Shown here: one piece after another, positions 9,666 through 23,800 of the stretch
Layout: every line of letters starts with the position of its first letter
Position numbering within the stretch: position 1 is the first letter of the stretch
Made by a program: the position numbers and the translations under genes
Virus record (IMG/VR): IMGVR_UViG_3300025769_000086
From: an uncultured virus (IMG/VR IMGVR_UViG_3300025769_000086)
Taxonomy: Duplodnaviria > Heunggongvirae > Uroviricota > Caudoviricetes
Strand: one strand, 5' to 3'
Length of the DNA stretch: 64,000 nucleotides
The notes under the pieces: generated by a model
What the model saw: the letters and a program-made list of their open reading frames with translations, nothing else
What the model was told of the DNA's origin: nothing
Databases searched by the model: none

Positions 9666-9937
9666 TTCAGAAGTTTCTAAAGAAAAAAATTATAGAAACA
9701 TCTGATGATTTACGTTTACAAACTGAGTTGTTCGCATATAGAGTAGCCAAACATTATAACATATCATTAATGGAAGTGAATCAAATGGATATTAAAACAT
9801 TTCAACAATCTTTATCTTGGGCTTTAGCGGTTGACGAAGAACAAGAAAAAGAAAGTGAAAGAACAAGAGTATCTTCACAAAATAACAATGAAACTATTAG
9901 CCTCGACTACGCCTTCTTGAACGAGGAGGAGTTCTAA
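9662..9937 (+). CDS. Tail assembly chaperone extension (gpT-like), probably via -1 frameshift
   Basis: -1 frame relative to 9303 ORF, open from 9614; no GGTGA-type RBS. Confidence 0.55.
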   Translation: MIQKFLKKKIIETSDDLRLQTELFAYRVAKHYNISLMEVNQMDIKTFQQSLSWALAVDEEQEKESERTRVSSQNNNETISLDYAFLNEEEF

Positions 9938-10578
9938 TGTCGTCATTAGTTTCTATGATGAGTGCATTAGGTGGGGTTGCACGTACATCTACAACAATAA
10001 TGAAAACTATCTCACAAATAGGTAGTGGTGTACAAAATATTGGACAGTTTTTTGCAGATGCATTTAACAAAGCAGGTAAAGCAATACATGACGTTTACAA
10101 ACAACTTTCTGCTTGGTATGATGAATACATCAAACCTAAATTTGATTGGTTATCAGACAAAGCAAGTTCGATAGTAAATATATTTGTTGATATGGGTGAG
10201 TTAGTTTCTTCCACTTGGAGTAGCATTATAGAAAAAATAACTAATCTCTACAACACTAAAATAAAACCTATATTTGATTTTAATCTATTTAGTAGTATGC
10301 AAGGTTATTTCAATTCTTTCAAAACAAATGTCGAAAGTGGTCTTCAAGAAATAGAAGATAAGATAAAAAATTCTTTAATTTACAAAGCAGGTGTTGGAGT
10401 CAAAGGTATTGGTGAGGATGCAGTGGATGCTGTTGGAGATGCTGGTGGTGAAATAAAACAAACACTAGGTATAGATTTGAAGATTAGTGGTTTGGCTGGC
10501 GATTTAGCAGATTCTATTGGTGATGCTGTTGAAAAAGAAGTAAAGAGGGCTTTAGGTAAGTTTACGTTCCGTAGGTGA
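9937..10578 (+). CDS. Tape-measure-like protein, unusually short (213 aa)
   Basis: Follows chaperones; amphipathic helices with periodic aromatics (WYDEYIKPKFDWL / LYNTKIKPIFDF). Confidence 0.55.
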   Translation: MSSLVSMMSALGGVARTSTTIMKTISQIGSGVQNIGQFFADAFNKAGKAIHDVYKQLSAWYDEYIKPKFDWLSDKASSIVNIFVDMGELVSSTWSSIIEKITNLYNTKIKPIFDFNLFSSMQGYFNSFKTNVESGLQEIEDKIKNSLIYKAGVGVKGIGEDAVDAVGDAGGEIKQTLGIDLKISGLAGDLADSIGDAVEKEVKRALGKFTFRR

Positions 10579-10583
10579 TATAA

Positions 10584-11825
10584 ATGGTTGCAGCAGGTAC
10601 TCCTATTCGTCTAATCCATGAAAATGGAGATTTTACTGAATTAGATGCTACCAGCATAACTCTTGAAACCATCAGAAAAGCAGGAAGTAGTTCCATACCT
10701 TTTGGTGGTGGAGGTAGATATAATCTTGATTTGAATTTGCAAAATGCTGAGATTATGATAGATGGAATTTTTGTAGATGATAATATTGGAACAGTAGGTA
10801 TAGGTGCTAGTGCAAAAATAAATTGCGTTTTCAGTCACAGTCATAGTAATAGAGGTTTTGAAATAGCAAATGTGTGGATTGGCTCTACCAATTTAAATAA
10901 TTTATTAGGCAGTGTAGTTAGTAGTTTTGATAGTGATGAAATAATAGCATCGAACAGGTGTCTCATCACGTTAAAAGATGCTTCCGGCAATCCAAAATAT
11001 ATACCTCTTGTCAGAGTGGCTGACAATACTAGTGGTACTTTTGCAACAGTTGCAACTACCGATGATGATACTAATATAACAAATTTAGGCACTAAAAAAT
11101 TTATTAAGATAATTACTAATGTGAGTGGTGGTAATAGTACAAGAGCAGCATCTTTAGCAACTGCGATAAAAACTTTGATTGATGCTGAATATTCTTCTTC
11201 TTTTAGCACTTCACTACTCGATGAAACACGGTTTGGTGCAACTATAACAAATGGAATAGTAAAAATTACTCAAGCCACGGTTGGAAAAACTGGTAACAAC
11301 AACACTCCTACTTTTACTACAAGAACAGGTACTACCTCGTCTACAAGAAAACCTCAAATGACATTATTTAGAGGTGGTATTGACGCTGAAAAAAAATCAG
11401 CAGGTGATAAAGTACAGGACTTGTACGGTATTGTAAACAACTCAAGAAGAACTGGTGGTTTGAGAGGAAATAAAGATTTCTTTTTAAGACCTACATTTAG
11501 CAGGAATAGAGAAAATGATGGTTTTATAAGACCGACAGATAATAGTGGAGATTACATAGTAGGTATACAGATACCATTTAATTCAATGGTAAATGTAGGC
11601 AATGAAACTTATGTTGCAAGAAATTTTCACATGCCTACTGGTCGCAATAAATCACCGGAAGATAAAGGTGCTACAGCGGCTATGGCCGTTGGTACAGAAT
11701 TTTCAGAAACAGATAAATCAACAGGTATACAAGGTTTTGTTAAAAAACTTTCAATAGATTATGATGCTGGTGAAACTGTATATAGATTTAAAATGGTATT
11801 TTTACCAGTCGATTGGATGTTTTAA
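10584..11825 (+). CDS. Putative distal tail / tail tip protein
   Basis: AGGTGA RBS; position after tape-measure-like gene; beta-rich. Confidence 0.45.
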   Translation: MVAAGTPIRLIHENGDFTELDATSITLETIRKAGSSSIPFGGGGRYNLDLNLQNAEIMIDGIFVDDNIGTVGIGASAKINCVFSHSHSNRGFEIANVWIGSTNLNNLLGSVVSSFDSDEIIASNRCLITLKDASGNPKYIPLVRVADNTSGTFATVATTDDDTNITNLGTKKFIKIITNVSGGNSTRAASLATAIKTLIDAEYSSSFSTSLLDETRFGATITNGIVKITQATVGKTGNNNTPTFTTRTGTTSSTRKPQMTLFRGGIDAEKKSAGDKVQDLYGIVNNSRRTGGLRGNKDFFLRPTFSRNRENDGFIRPTDNSGDYIVGIQIPFNSMVNVGNETYVARNFHMPTGRNKSPEDKGATAAMAVGTEFSETDKSTGIQGFVKKLSIDYDAGETVYRFKMVFLPVDWMF

Positions 11826-11826
11826 G

Positions 11827-14800
11827 ATGCCTGTTATTTCTACTACTAATCATGCTTTCTTTTTTGATGGTGTAACTGATAGTATAATAATACCACAAGG
11901 TAATTCTAGTACAGATAATACTAGCAGAGGTTTATTTAATTCTAATCCTAATTCCGGTTCAGATAACATATTAAGTTTAACAGATGAAATTACTATAGAG
12001 GCTTGGGTTGTACCTGATTGTGGTGGAGTAATAGTAGAAAAAGAAAATTGTTTTAGTTTATCTTTAGGAAATGTAGACACACCCGGTCCTGCTGTTTTCA
12101 ATCTAAATTTACTTGATACTGAAAAAAATGAAATAGAAACAATTCAATTAACTACTGCTTATTTGACTAGTAATGGGTATGACGGCACTATATTCCCACC
12201 TTCTACATTTACAGGTATACACGACTCATACAATAGATTCAATAGCAGTTATGACGATGCCACAACATTGAATATTAATCATAGACCATTGATGCATGTT
12301 ATTGCTACTTTCAACTCAAAGAAAGTTCAACTTTACATAAATGGTATATTAATGGCAGAACAAACTTTGTATAACGATAAATTTATTTTGTTAAAAAATA
12401 ATAATCCTATATTTGTTGGTGGGAAAGGAGGGAAGTTTAGAGGGATAATGGAAGCAATACACCTTTGTACTTCTTTCACAAACGATATGGTGCAAGGTGA
12501 AGTACCTACTGTTAAAGATGACACGTTGTTATTATTTAGGTTTGAAGAACCAATTGCACCCATAGAATCTGTATATCCACTTAATCTTAGTGCATCGGCA
12601 GATTCTACAACAATATATCTTTCTACTACTAATGCAGCATCTTTGGCTACCGAACTTACAGGTTCGTCACAAACTTCAGGTACTATAGATTTCACAATAT
12701 CTCCTTATAGTAGTGGTAATTACACAATTACACAAAGCACGAAAACTGCTACTACTTCTCATTCAGTGCCACACGTTCCTTACAATTTATTGCTAAATCC
12801 CAATGGTATAAATTTAGATACTTTGAAGCCTAGTCAAAAACCTCCTGAAAGAGTCAGATTAGAAAGTATAAATATTGATACTGGAGCATTGACGATATCT
12901 AGTATTCATCTTGATTTTGCTACTAACTCGAATGGAAAAAGAGGTCTTTTACATGCATATAGCGAATTGGATAAACCTAAATTTATTGTTTTAGGTGCTG
13001 ATTTATTAATTGATAGTGGTACTAGTCGACCTTATCAACCTCCTCACTTTTCTTCACAAGCCATAGATAGAACGGGGCAGATGGTGATAGATGAAAGTGA
13101 TTTAGAAAATCACGGATTTGTATTTTCTTCTAACATGGCAACTACTGTAAATGATACAGATAATCCTTTTGCTGCATTGTGGCCTACTACTTTAGATGAA
13201 GGGTATCAAATAGGACATAGCGGTAGACATATAAAAAATCACGTTAAAGGTCATACTTTTTTACGAATGTTACCAAGAGCAGAAAGAGAAATAATCGATT
13301 TAAAAGGTGGAGGTCAAGTTGATTTAGTAGATGTGGTTTATGATAATACAAGAGAAGGTATTAAAGACCAAATTCCAGTAAATAGTGAAGTCGATGTTTA
13401 TAGAGATGCAGGTACTTACGATATAAAAAATGTTATCAATTCTTCTACAGTTACTGCTGTTTACAATGATTTCCAAGATGTTACTGTATCAGATGGTAAA
13501 GAGAAGTTAATTGCTTTAGGTGGTACAACATTTGATTACAGACCTTTCATGTTAAAGGGTCAAGTACCTACATATGGTACTACACCTGATGCTAATACAA
13601 GAAAACATCATCTTCGCCCTAGTAAAGAAAGTAGAGTTGCCTTATTGCATATACCTTTGTTGAGAAGTACATACAATCATGCACCTTTTATTGAAGTCCA
13701 TTATAATGCTATAGATTTAACAGGAGCATCAATGAACAGTTATGATGGTAGCACAAGAGTAAATACTGCTCAACCTTTACTAATGGTGGAAAAGACTGTA
13801 CCTGCTTCTAATACTGCTTTTGTTAATGGCGATACTACAGCCTATCTATATGATATCATTGTTAGCCAAATAAGTTCTTTAGGTAGTTTAACACTTTATT
13901 CACCCGGAGGTTATGTTGAATTTGACAGTTTAGAAAGTGACAATGTCTTTGCTGTTAACGAGTTAGTTGGAGATAATAGTGAAGGATATGATGCTGATGA
14001 TGATTTAGATGAAAGTTATACACCTGCAAACTTTACTCCTTACGCACAAGGTTTGGTAGGTAATTCGCCGCCTAAAATTGTTTTAGAATCATCTAGTCAA
14101 AATGAATCTCATCCTTCTATTTTTAATAAAGTCTACTTTCCTAAAATTGAAACTAGCAAAAATTTGACAACATCTAGTAATATAACTAGAATAGAGCCTG
14201 AAGTAAATGTTGGAAGTCCTTCAGATGGTCAGTTTGATACAGGGGTATCAGGAGTATCTTCATCTATACACGAATTCTTTGATGTTATTGACAATATTAT
14301 GGATGTAGACAATCCATCTGTAGCAGATATGGCATTAATTATACAACCTTGTGATAGGACTAGAACTAATCAATTAGCACATATCAAACATGCTTTAGAT
14401 GATTCAAATGATGTTAACCAAATGAGTTTGTTATATTTACTTAACAGGGCAGTGATAAGAGGTATAAAAGAAACTAATGATGAAGATGGTTCTTTTACCA
14501 TCATAGAATGTGAAGGTATATTTACTCCTTTTGTATCACAATCTATAGACTTCAAAGGAAAAGGTAGTCCTGATTCTCATATTGTCAAAGAAATCGAACC
14601 TAATGCTCCTGTTGTCACAGTCACTTTAGGTGGTCCGGGTCAAGGTGCAGTAGATACTAAACCTACTTACGATGAAAGTAAACTTAGTAGATTGCCATTT
14701 TCTTCAAGAAGGTCATATTCAGTAAGAGCAGATTACCTAAACACAACTAGTGGAGGTAGTATTACTGTTTCACCATTAAATAATCATTCTAATGATATGA

Positions 14801-17800
14801 AGAGTTGGGGTACATATGGATTTCCAAAAGTTGGTTACGTATATTTTGAAGATGGGAGTAAAGCACGTTATCAAAGTAAATCCGGTAACACTTTCACTTT
14901 TCAATCCGGTGCAGCAGACATAGGTTCTGGTTATTATGTAGCACACGATGGTACAGAATTTACTTTTATTAAACGTCTATTACGTTATATTGGTTATATT
15001 TCAAATTCAGATTCAACAATACTTCAAATTAATAGAACACTATATAGTGAACCGGATTTTGGTGATGAGAGTTTAATTGATAATGGGTCAACTGTAAATG
15101 ACCGTATGTTTCAAAAAATGAATGGTGTTAATCATGATTACCAACTAGGTACTCAATTCGCTAGTACAAGAGCATTGGCAGAAATTCCGTTTTTCGATAA
15201 TCAATTTTTTGGTAAACATGTAGGGCCAAATAATTCTTTCAAAATACATTTAGATGCTACTATGACTGCACATAGTTACAATCCTAGTCCGGTAGGAAAA
15301 AGGCCGATTGATTTACCTCCTGCTGATAGAGAAGTAGAATCTGCATATAGTTTTGGTGATAACAACCCATTTACATCTACTGTAATAGAAAGTTTATCTG
15401 GAAATAATTTAGTTGTTAAAGATATTAATATATTTCCAACACCTGAAGTTGCTGTCAGTTATCAACAAATAACAAATGATACCACCAGTAGATATAGAAA
15501 GGTGTTTTTACCAAGTGGTGATTGGGCTTTTTATTCAGCGATAACTGAAAACACTAAAACTCTTACACTAGTTTATCCGTCTGCTAATTTTAGACAAAAC
15601 GCTATTGCTGGAACACCTGTAACAGTTGGAGGGCCAAACACAAATGATGGTGCTATAGTACTAGCATCTGATAGTTTTACACCATCTTCGGAATATGAAG
15701 ATAGAAGTAATACATATTATGATTCTGCGAGCGTTAAGACACAAGGTGGTAATGTTGATTACGGTATGAGACAATATGTTAGTGCTGTAGAGTTTAAAGA
15801 AGGTCCAGAAACCAATCCACACGCAGAAAAGATACAAACGAAAAGAGCATCTGCTGTTATTGGTAGTGTTAACGTAATTGGCACTACTGCTACAAGAGGA
15901 AGTATATTAGAAATTACATTGAGTGATGAAGACATGGAATTATTTCCAGACATAGGCATTGATAATTTATCAGATTTAGTTACAGGAACAGGAGAAACTT
16001 TTTACGAAGTTCAATGTGTTCATCCATCAAGTAAAAAACTTTTAAAATTTCATTACTATGGCACATTAAATAAATATAACAATTTTGACATTACTGTAGG
16101 CAATAGTGGTTTTACTGTACAAGGTGATAATACTAGTATTATATTATATTATTATGAAGGTTTTACTACTGCACAGGCTTTGGCTGGTAACAATACTTAT
16201 CCAGATTTTTCTGTGTTGGCAGGAGAAAAAATGACTCTTGTAGGAAAAAGAAGAAGAGTATTTTATGATAATTTTGTATCTACAAAAAGTTCTATTACAA
16301 AGAATATAGCATCTAATGTACATGAAAAAATGGGTATATTTAACGAATTGGTTGCTAATGTTAAAATTGATACTAACATAGCAATAACTGCTTATTCTAC
16401 TACCAATAAAACAGTAACTGTAAATCCAGTAGATGATGTAGGTTTATTTGATTTATCCGGTTTAAATGTAAGAAAAGGGGATGTTCTTTTTGCTTACAAA
16501 ACATCATCAACTGAAGAAAGATATGCCACAATCGGTACAGTAGACAGTATTGCTGTTCATAGTGATAGTAGTGTAGTCATTACATTATCAGATAGTGATT
16601 TGAAAGCAATTGCTAATGTAACTGATTACAAATTAGGTGTGGGTTGTGATGACTTTGATGATGTAGACGCTATATTAAATAAAACATGGGTTAATCCTTA
16701 TGCTTCGGGCGGTCTAAGAAATGGCGATACAATTTGGGGTAACATGTCGTATAACAACCCTCATGCAACTGAAGGTTTATTTTTCAAAAGTAGAGGTGTG
16801 TTAAATGAGGCACAAGTTTGGACTGGTTTTAACAACGGTGAAGGTAATTTAAATTCAAATCCAAGAGATAGTATACCTTTAGAAAATTTCCTAATTGGTA
16901 ACACTTGTTTAGAAACTGCAAGAAATTTTGCTCAACATGTAAATAAAACAATAGAAGAAAACTACAAATCACTAGGGTTAACAGCAGCAGAAGCACCTAC
17001 TGTTGCTTATGTAGACCCTTATCTGTCCAATGAAGGTCATGCAAGAGTGTTGTTATATGATGTAGCCCATGATAGAGAGTTTATTGCATTCCAAGATTTA
17101 CATATGCAAGTGCAAAGTGAATTACAAACAACACATATTGGTTGGAACAGATATGTAGTCAAAGATACTGATACAACTCGAACTGACTTACATTCCTATC
17201 TTGCTTCTTATAATGGTTCTTCACCAAGTGCTTGGACAACACAAATTGATGTGACTAATGGTTATCCTTCACAAAATCGTTTTATCCGCTCTACACAACA
17301 ATCTAAATTTATTGAAAGTGCTTATGCTCATGATTTACCAAATAAACAGGCTTACAATTTAACTAGTAATTACATATCTTCTACAAACACTACGCCAAAA
17401 TACAATAGGTATTCAAGACTTTATGGTAAAGGTCATGGTCATTTTGTACACACTGAATATTCATTACAAGGTGCTTCTTCAGGTTATACTTTTTCAAATA
17501 GTCTTCCTCCACAAACTACATCACATGTCTCAATTTCCAAGATAGCAGACGACTATCATAAGTTATCTAGGAGAAAAGGTAACGATTTTATTAGTCAATT
17601 AATTAAAATAAGAAATGCAACCACTGCTTGTTCTTTCCGTGACCCTTCGACATTTTTCGATACTCCTGATGGTACTCGTGTTATACCTGCATTTTTATCA
17701 TTGAAAGGTATAAGAAGTGAAACATTATCATTAGATAATCATGAAGAATCTAGGTTGCAACATTTACCACAATGGAAAGATATGGGTTTTGTGAGAAGAT

Positions 17801-20800
17801 TATCCATAGATGCAGGTTCTATAGGATTGAAAACCAGAAATAGTTTAGAGGCTGCCGAAGAGATAGTTCGTACAATTAATCAATATGCAGCATTGAATGC
17901 TAGGCTAAGTGACGGCAGTTCTGCTCATGACCCTTCTCCGTTTTGGGATACCAAACAAAGTTTTTCATCTGCCCAAAAAGGTACACATATGGGTTATTTG
18001 AGAGCACACATTGGTAGAGCCGTTACTGATAGAAACGGTGTTAATGGTTGGACTGTAGTTATACACAGTACAGTGCCGGGAGCAAGTGGTAGAAATTTCT
18101 GTGTTTGGTTAGATAATAGTCAAGGTCAAACTGAATATCAACCTGAATTTATTATTGGTCATGGTGGTAGGTGGCGTAACTTTTGGGCTTTACCTGAAGA
18201 TATACAGGGTGAAAACATGCATCCTGCACCTATGCCTCTTAACAAACATGGAAGACCGTTTGCTCCTATTACAACGTTACAACAATATTTAGAAGATGAG
18301 AATGAAGAAAATGTCATTGCTGTTACTGACTATGGAACAGATGAAGAACATACAATACAAAGTGTATCGGATGTGATTAGCGGTCAAATGCATAATACTT
18401 CAATACCTAAGTCTTTTGAATCTGAAGGTTCACCTTCTACTTTAATTCAAGGTTTGAGAACTGGTAAATCTGCTATCGCTAGAGTAAATTTTGGTGGTTT
18501 AGTAGCAACTGGAGTACCCGGTTTTACAGATGTTGCAGGAAAATGGGGATATGGTACATTCTCTACTGAAGATAAAGCAAGGTATGGAAACAATGTAGCA
18601 AGTAGTTATTCTTCACATGTATCTAATGCTGAAAAAATTAAATTAGCGAAAGGAGAATCTAAAAGAGATTTATATGGTTTTAGATTTGAAGACCATTTGG
18701 GTAATAATTATGGTGTAAGATTTATTTATAGAGAAAGGGAAAATACTCGTGGTGGTAGAGAATCTTTTGTTAAAAAAACTGAGGATTTACCTTCAACAAT
18801 TAGTCAAGAAATATGTGTATTCTTCAACGATAAGGATGTGAGCCAAGGTGGGTTTACTATTGGTAAAAACATGAGTGGTAGCGGTGATGCTACGGGTATG
18901 TTAGATACAGGAGATGCTACTAATCCTGTTATTGAAACTTGGACAGGTAATCTATGGAATGCAGTCAATGCCCCTGAAGCAACTGTGCGTGTTAATGTAA
19001 CTGAAAACACTAACGAAAGTAAATTAAAAATCGTAGGATTAGAACCCTTTGATGCTAGTTTTACAACAGATGGTAAATTAAATTATCTTGGCTTCCCTAA
19101 AAATGGTGGTCTTTTACAAATATCTGATATAGATGGTACTGGTAATGCAAATGTTGGTAAAGTCTTTCATTATACACATCAAGATGGTAGTTATTTTTAT
19201 GGTATAACGCCAAGTGTTGCTGACTGGAACATTACCAACGACCCTTATATTATTAGCCCTGTTTTAAATCGTACTACATTAGTTACTGATGAGTTGATGG
19301 CTGCTGTTACTGCTGCTGCAATCAATGCTACAAGTCCGACAACTTTTGATTGTACTCATATGTATACTACAGACGGTAAGACTTTTGGAGAATGGGGTGT
19401 AAAACCTGATTCAATAGTTATTACACCATTCAGCAATGATGGTAAATATCTATCTGAAAGTTTTTCTGCTTCAGTACACCCAGATTTAGGTATTCAAGCA
19501 GCACACTTAGAATTCGGAGAACAAAAAAGCATCAGTATTGATTTAAATGTTGATGACGATAACCTCGAAGGTGTGATAAGTATAGCAACACCAAATCATA
19601 TTGTTACAGATGCTAAGTTAGATTTAGGTAAGAAAGTTGATTGTGGTTACATACCACGCACTTTACTTCAAATAGTTACAAAAAGTAAAGGTAGACATAC
19701 AAACACACCAACTCCTGTATTTGTAAATTCAACTAATAATCCTGTAGATACAACAGCGTGGAAAAACAATCTTAATGGTGTTACTTTCACTAGAAGTTCT
19801 GGAGACCATATATTACCAAAAATAGATAGCCCTCAATTTAGATTCGATTCAAATAGCAGTTGGGGTTCTCAAAGGTTAGATGGTGTGACTAATGCTGAAC
19901 TATGGAATTTCTTGATACCATCAGATTCTTCTACAGCAAGCGGTATGAAAGCATTTGGTGAAAAGAAAAGAGCATATTTTGTTGATGATAGTGCTCCTTT
20001 CCTTGTTTGCTCTATGATTGTACAAAGTCAACAAGGTGCTGATTCTGAAAAGAAATTAATCTTTAACACAAATACTGGAATAAATTTACCTTCTTCTGCA
20101 CCGGGAAATAGTCAGATACTTACTTTGTTTGGTGATGAAAGGGCTAGAGAATTTGCAGGTCTTAGGACTTTAGGTAGTGTATTTTCCGAACCAATTACAT
20201 TCTTTAAAGGTGGTAAAAGTAGTCCTGACCATAGTGTTCCAGTATTCTTTGGTGGTGGATTTACAGGTGTTACACTAGATGTTAACGATGGTACTACAAA
20301 TGATTATTCATCTTTCTATACCCATCCTTATGCTAGTGGTCCAACTGGTACTGCTGGTATTCAGAATGCAAATGAAATATCGACTAGTTTTGCTATGTTA
20401 GATTGTAATGCAATGTTTGCCTTCTTTCCCGGTACTCCATTGTGTAACCAACATCGTGGTAGTTTGATGCCACCTTTCTTCAATCAAGATAACATGTTAA
20501 CACCTGACTTAGATAGAGGTGGTACTTCTTACACTAGAGGTGTAGTAAAAGCGAAGCCTATACCCTTAGTGATGCGTTTCGCTCATCCAACTGCTAGATA
20601 TGAAGACCATCGTGATGGTACAGATAATAAGACTACATACATGATATTCGGTCCGGGTCAAGCATTCCCATTTACAGGTGTACATGATTCTACAGGTACA
20701 GAAAACGTTAACGAACCTTTTTCCGGTAGAATAATTACAAGTGGGAATACTTGGTCTCGTGTACCTAGATTTACTGGAAATAAACAAGCATTCCCTAATC

Positions 20801-23800
20801 ATATCACAAATACCGATGGTGATTATTTACCTGAAGATATAACATACTATAATGCTAATACAGCATATCATTGGAAAGCCATAGTAAACTGGGAGACACC
20901 TGCTGGTCATCCTCGTCGAACTATGTATCAAAGACCTGCTCATGGTAGACATTATGGTCAAATTTACACAATAACAGATGGAAGTAGTACTGGTAGTCAA
21001 GTGAATGGTGTAATGCCATTAAGACACACTCCGGCAGTTGGTTTCGGTATTACAATGGGTGCTGATACAGTATTCCATATGGATGGGGGTTTACATGCTG
21101 GTGGCTCTTGGTTAGATAATCAACTTACATTTAATCCTGTCCATCCAAAGAAAAATACAAGAATTGTAGGTGGTAATTCTTCAACTACTTGGACTAGAGA
21201 TAATCAAATTCATCCTACAGCATTTAGAGTTGCAGGACCACTCACTGGTAGAATTTTAGACTATAGTGGTTCAGAAACAGTATCATCGTCTGATAGTAAA
21301 TTAGAATATATTGTTGTTGATGCTACAAGATGTCAGAATGGTGAAGAATTAGCCACTGTTTTAGGTGCGGCAATTAACGCATTTCCGGGTGCTGGAGCAC
21401 TTAAATCACTCGGAGGTACACATATGCCTTCAATGGGTAATGCTATGCGTCAAGATAGATATGGGTGGGTTGATACTGGTGCTATTGGAACGTATGATAC
21501 TACTAATAAATTTGTAGAAAGTGCAACTACCACTAACAGAGATTTGTTAGAAAATTTACCTGCATCCGGTTGGTTGAAATCTGCAATCGATACAGTTGAT
21601 AATGCTAATAGTAATACACAAAGTGCTTGTTATCACGCTAAAGAAATTTTAGTTGTTGATGCTGCTGCTGGTACATTCAAGGCAAGGTTTAGATTAGCAC
21701 AGCATAAAAAAGCGGCTGCTAATGGTGCATTTGATGTTAATACAAGTCCTGATGGTAATTTGTTTGTTTGGTCTAAAGCGGGTACTATACGTTTTAACAA
21801 TGAAGATGATTCAACTCGTGACCACATGACACAAGTTCACTTTTCAGGTATTGTAGACGCTGTTGATAGAACAAAACCAATTGGTGCTGTTGGATGGGCT
21901 GGTGAAAGATATTCTTACCTTAACAGTTTGAAAGTTGGAACAGAAGGTTATGGTGCTGGTTTAGGAGCACATCATTCGATGTTATCTTTTGCTCCATACG
22001 GCACTGCCAGTACAATGATTACAACATTAAGTCAATTACCTCACACTTATCCTTTATTTGATACTCCTGAAAGTGTACCTCCTATCGATGGAGTTGTTGC
22101 TGATTTAGATAACTATTTAGATAGTTTCTATTCTGGTGGTTTTAAGATTGCAGGTGCATCAACTAGAAGTTATAGTTTAATTCAAACTGATAGTGCTACT
22201 ACTCATCATAACTATTCTAATACCCCAATCAACTTTAACAAAACGAATGGTCAAACATCTTCTAGTGAAATATTACCTGACACTCTTTCACAACCTGTTG
22301 GCTTATATGGTAGTGCATTCTTAGTAGTAAGTTATGAATCTGAAAGTGCGTTAATTGCCAAATATGATAGAGATGGTATTACTGCTACTGGTGATTGGTT
22401 GCAAATACATGGTGTATCGTCAGATGCTATAACATATGCAGGTACTACTCTTTGGGATGAAAGATTTCACGGTCAAGACAGATTCATTGCACCAGCCAAT
22501 GCAGGACCAAACGTAGAAGCGTTAATTGTACATGATATGGTAGTACCTAAATCTACAGCATTTGAATCAGATGTTACTTGGGTCGATACTCTATTCCCTA
22601 CTGGTGCTACTAAACACATGCATGGTTCTGTATCTAGTGATTTAGAATTAGAAAATGCAACTCCTGATAGGGCTAAAACTGGCGATTTAATATATGATTT
22701 AGATTATTCAGCAGGTTCTTATAATTTAGAGCCTGAAACTGCTGGACCTGTTGAAAGTATAACAGTGAGTGCTACAGGTAGTGGGTATAGCACCGGCTTT
22801 GCTGCTACTACTGGTGGTAATGGTTCAGGTTGTAGAGTTAATGTAGTTAGTGTAAGTACAGGTGCTCTCAATAGTGTAACTCTTGCTAGTGCTGGTACTG
22901 GATATGAGGTTGGTGATGTTCTCACAGTTGCTGGAGGTTCAGGCGGTACAGTTACAGTCGGTAGAATAAATAATTTAGTTGAAAGAAATGTAGCATCACA
23001 CCATCATACTACTAGTTATCAGGCAAATAAATCTGCTACCTATTGGATGGGCGATGTAAATGCATATCAAATCTATGAAAATTCTGCTATCAAGAATTTT
23101 AACACGGAAAATGTAGTATGGAAGAGAATGGATGGTGGTAACTTATCATTACCTGCAATTAATGCTCGTGGTTTAGGTGCTGTGCCTTTTATGACTAGAG
23201 TTGCAAGTAACACAGCATACACTACGGGCGAGAAGATATTTGGTAATGTTAGATTTAGTTTTGAAACTACAAATAGTGCAATGTTGCCAATTTTACAGGC
23301 TCAAGAATTAAGTCATCCACAACTTGCTGCTAGATATCCTTTGAAAGTAGAAAATGTTTTACAAATACCAAATGAAGAAATACAGTTTGATAGCATAAAT
23401 GTATTAGATGATTCAGGTCAAGTTCATAAAATCGAAGGTGGTAGTCCTTTCGGTACTATAATTAGAGGTTACAGATTAATTGAAGATAGAACTACTAAAG
23501 GAACAGCACCTAGTTTGGCTAATAGTGGTAAACCATCTAATCTCAAAATAACATTACCCAATCCTGATTCTATACCCGGTAATATAGTTGTCAGAAGTGG
23601 TTTTGACCCTATACAAGCGTATCAAAATGAAACTTTTGGTTCTGGTGGTATGTTACATGCAGACTTAGGTGTATCAGCCCCTTCCTCTGATAACAAACTA
23701 GAACGCTTCTTTGATAACACAGTTAAAGGTCCAAGACAAGCACCAAATTATGAAAATCATAACTGGGAACACATTGACCCTCTAACTTACAAAAGTACAT

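Noticed and set aside
11761..11826. Listed start of the giant ORF; likewise extended starts at 3983, 46606, 48937, 56295 and 62595
   Set aside because: They overlap upstream genes; downstream ATGs fit the stop-start coupling used throughout
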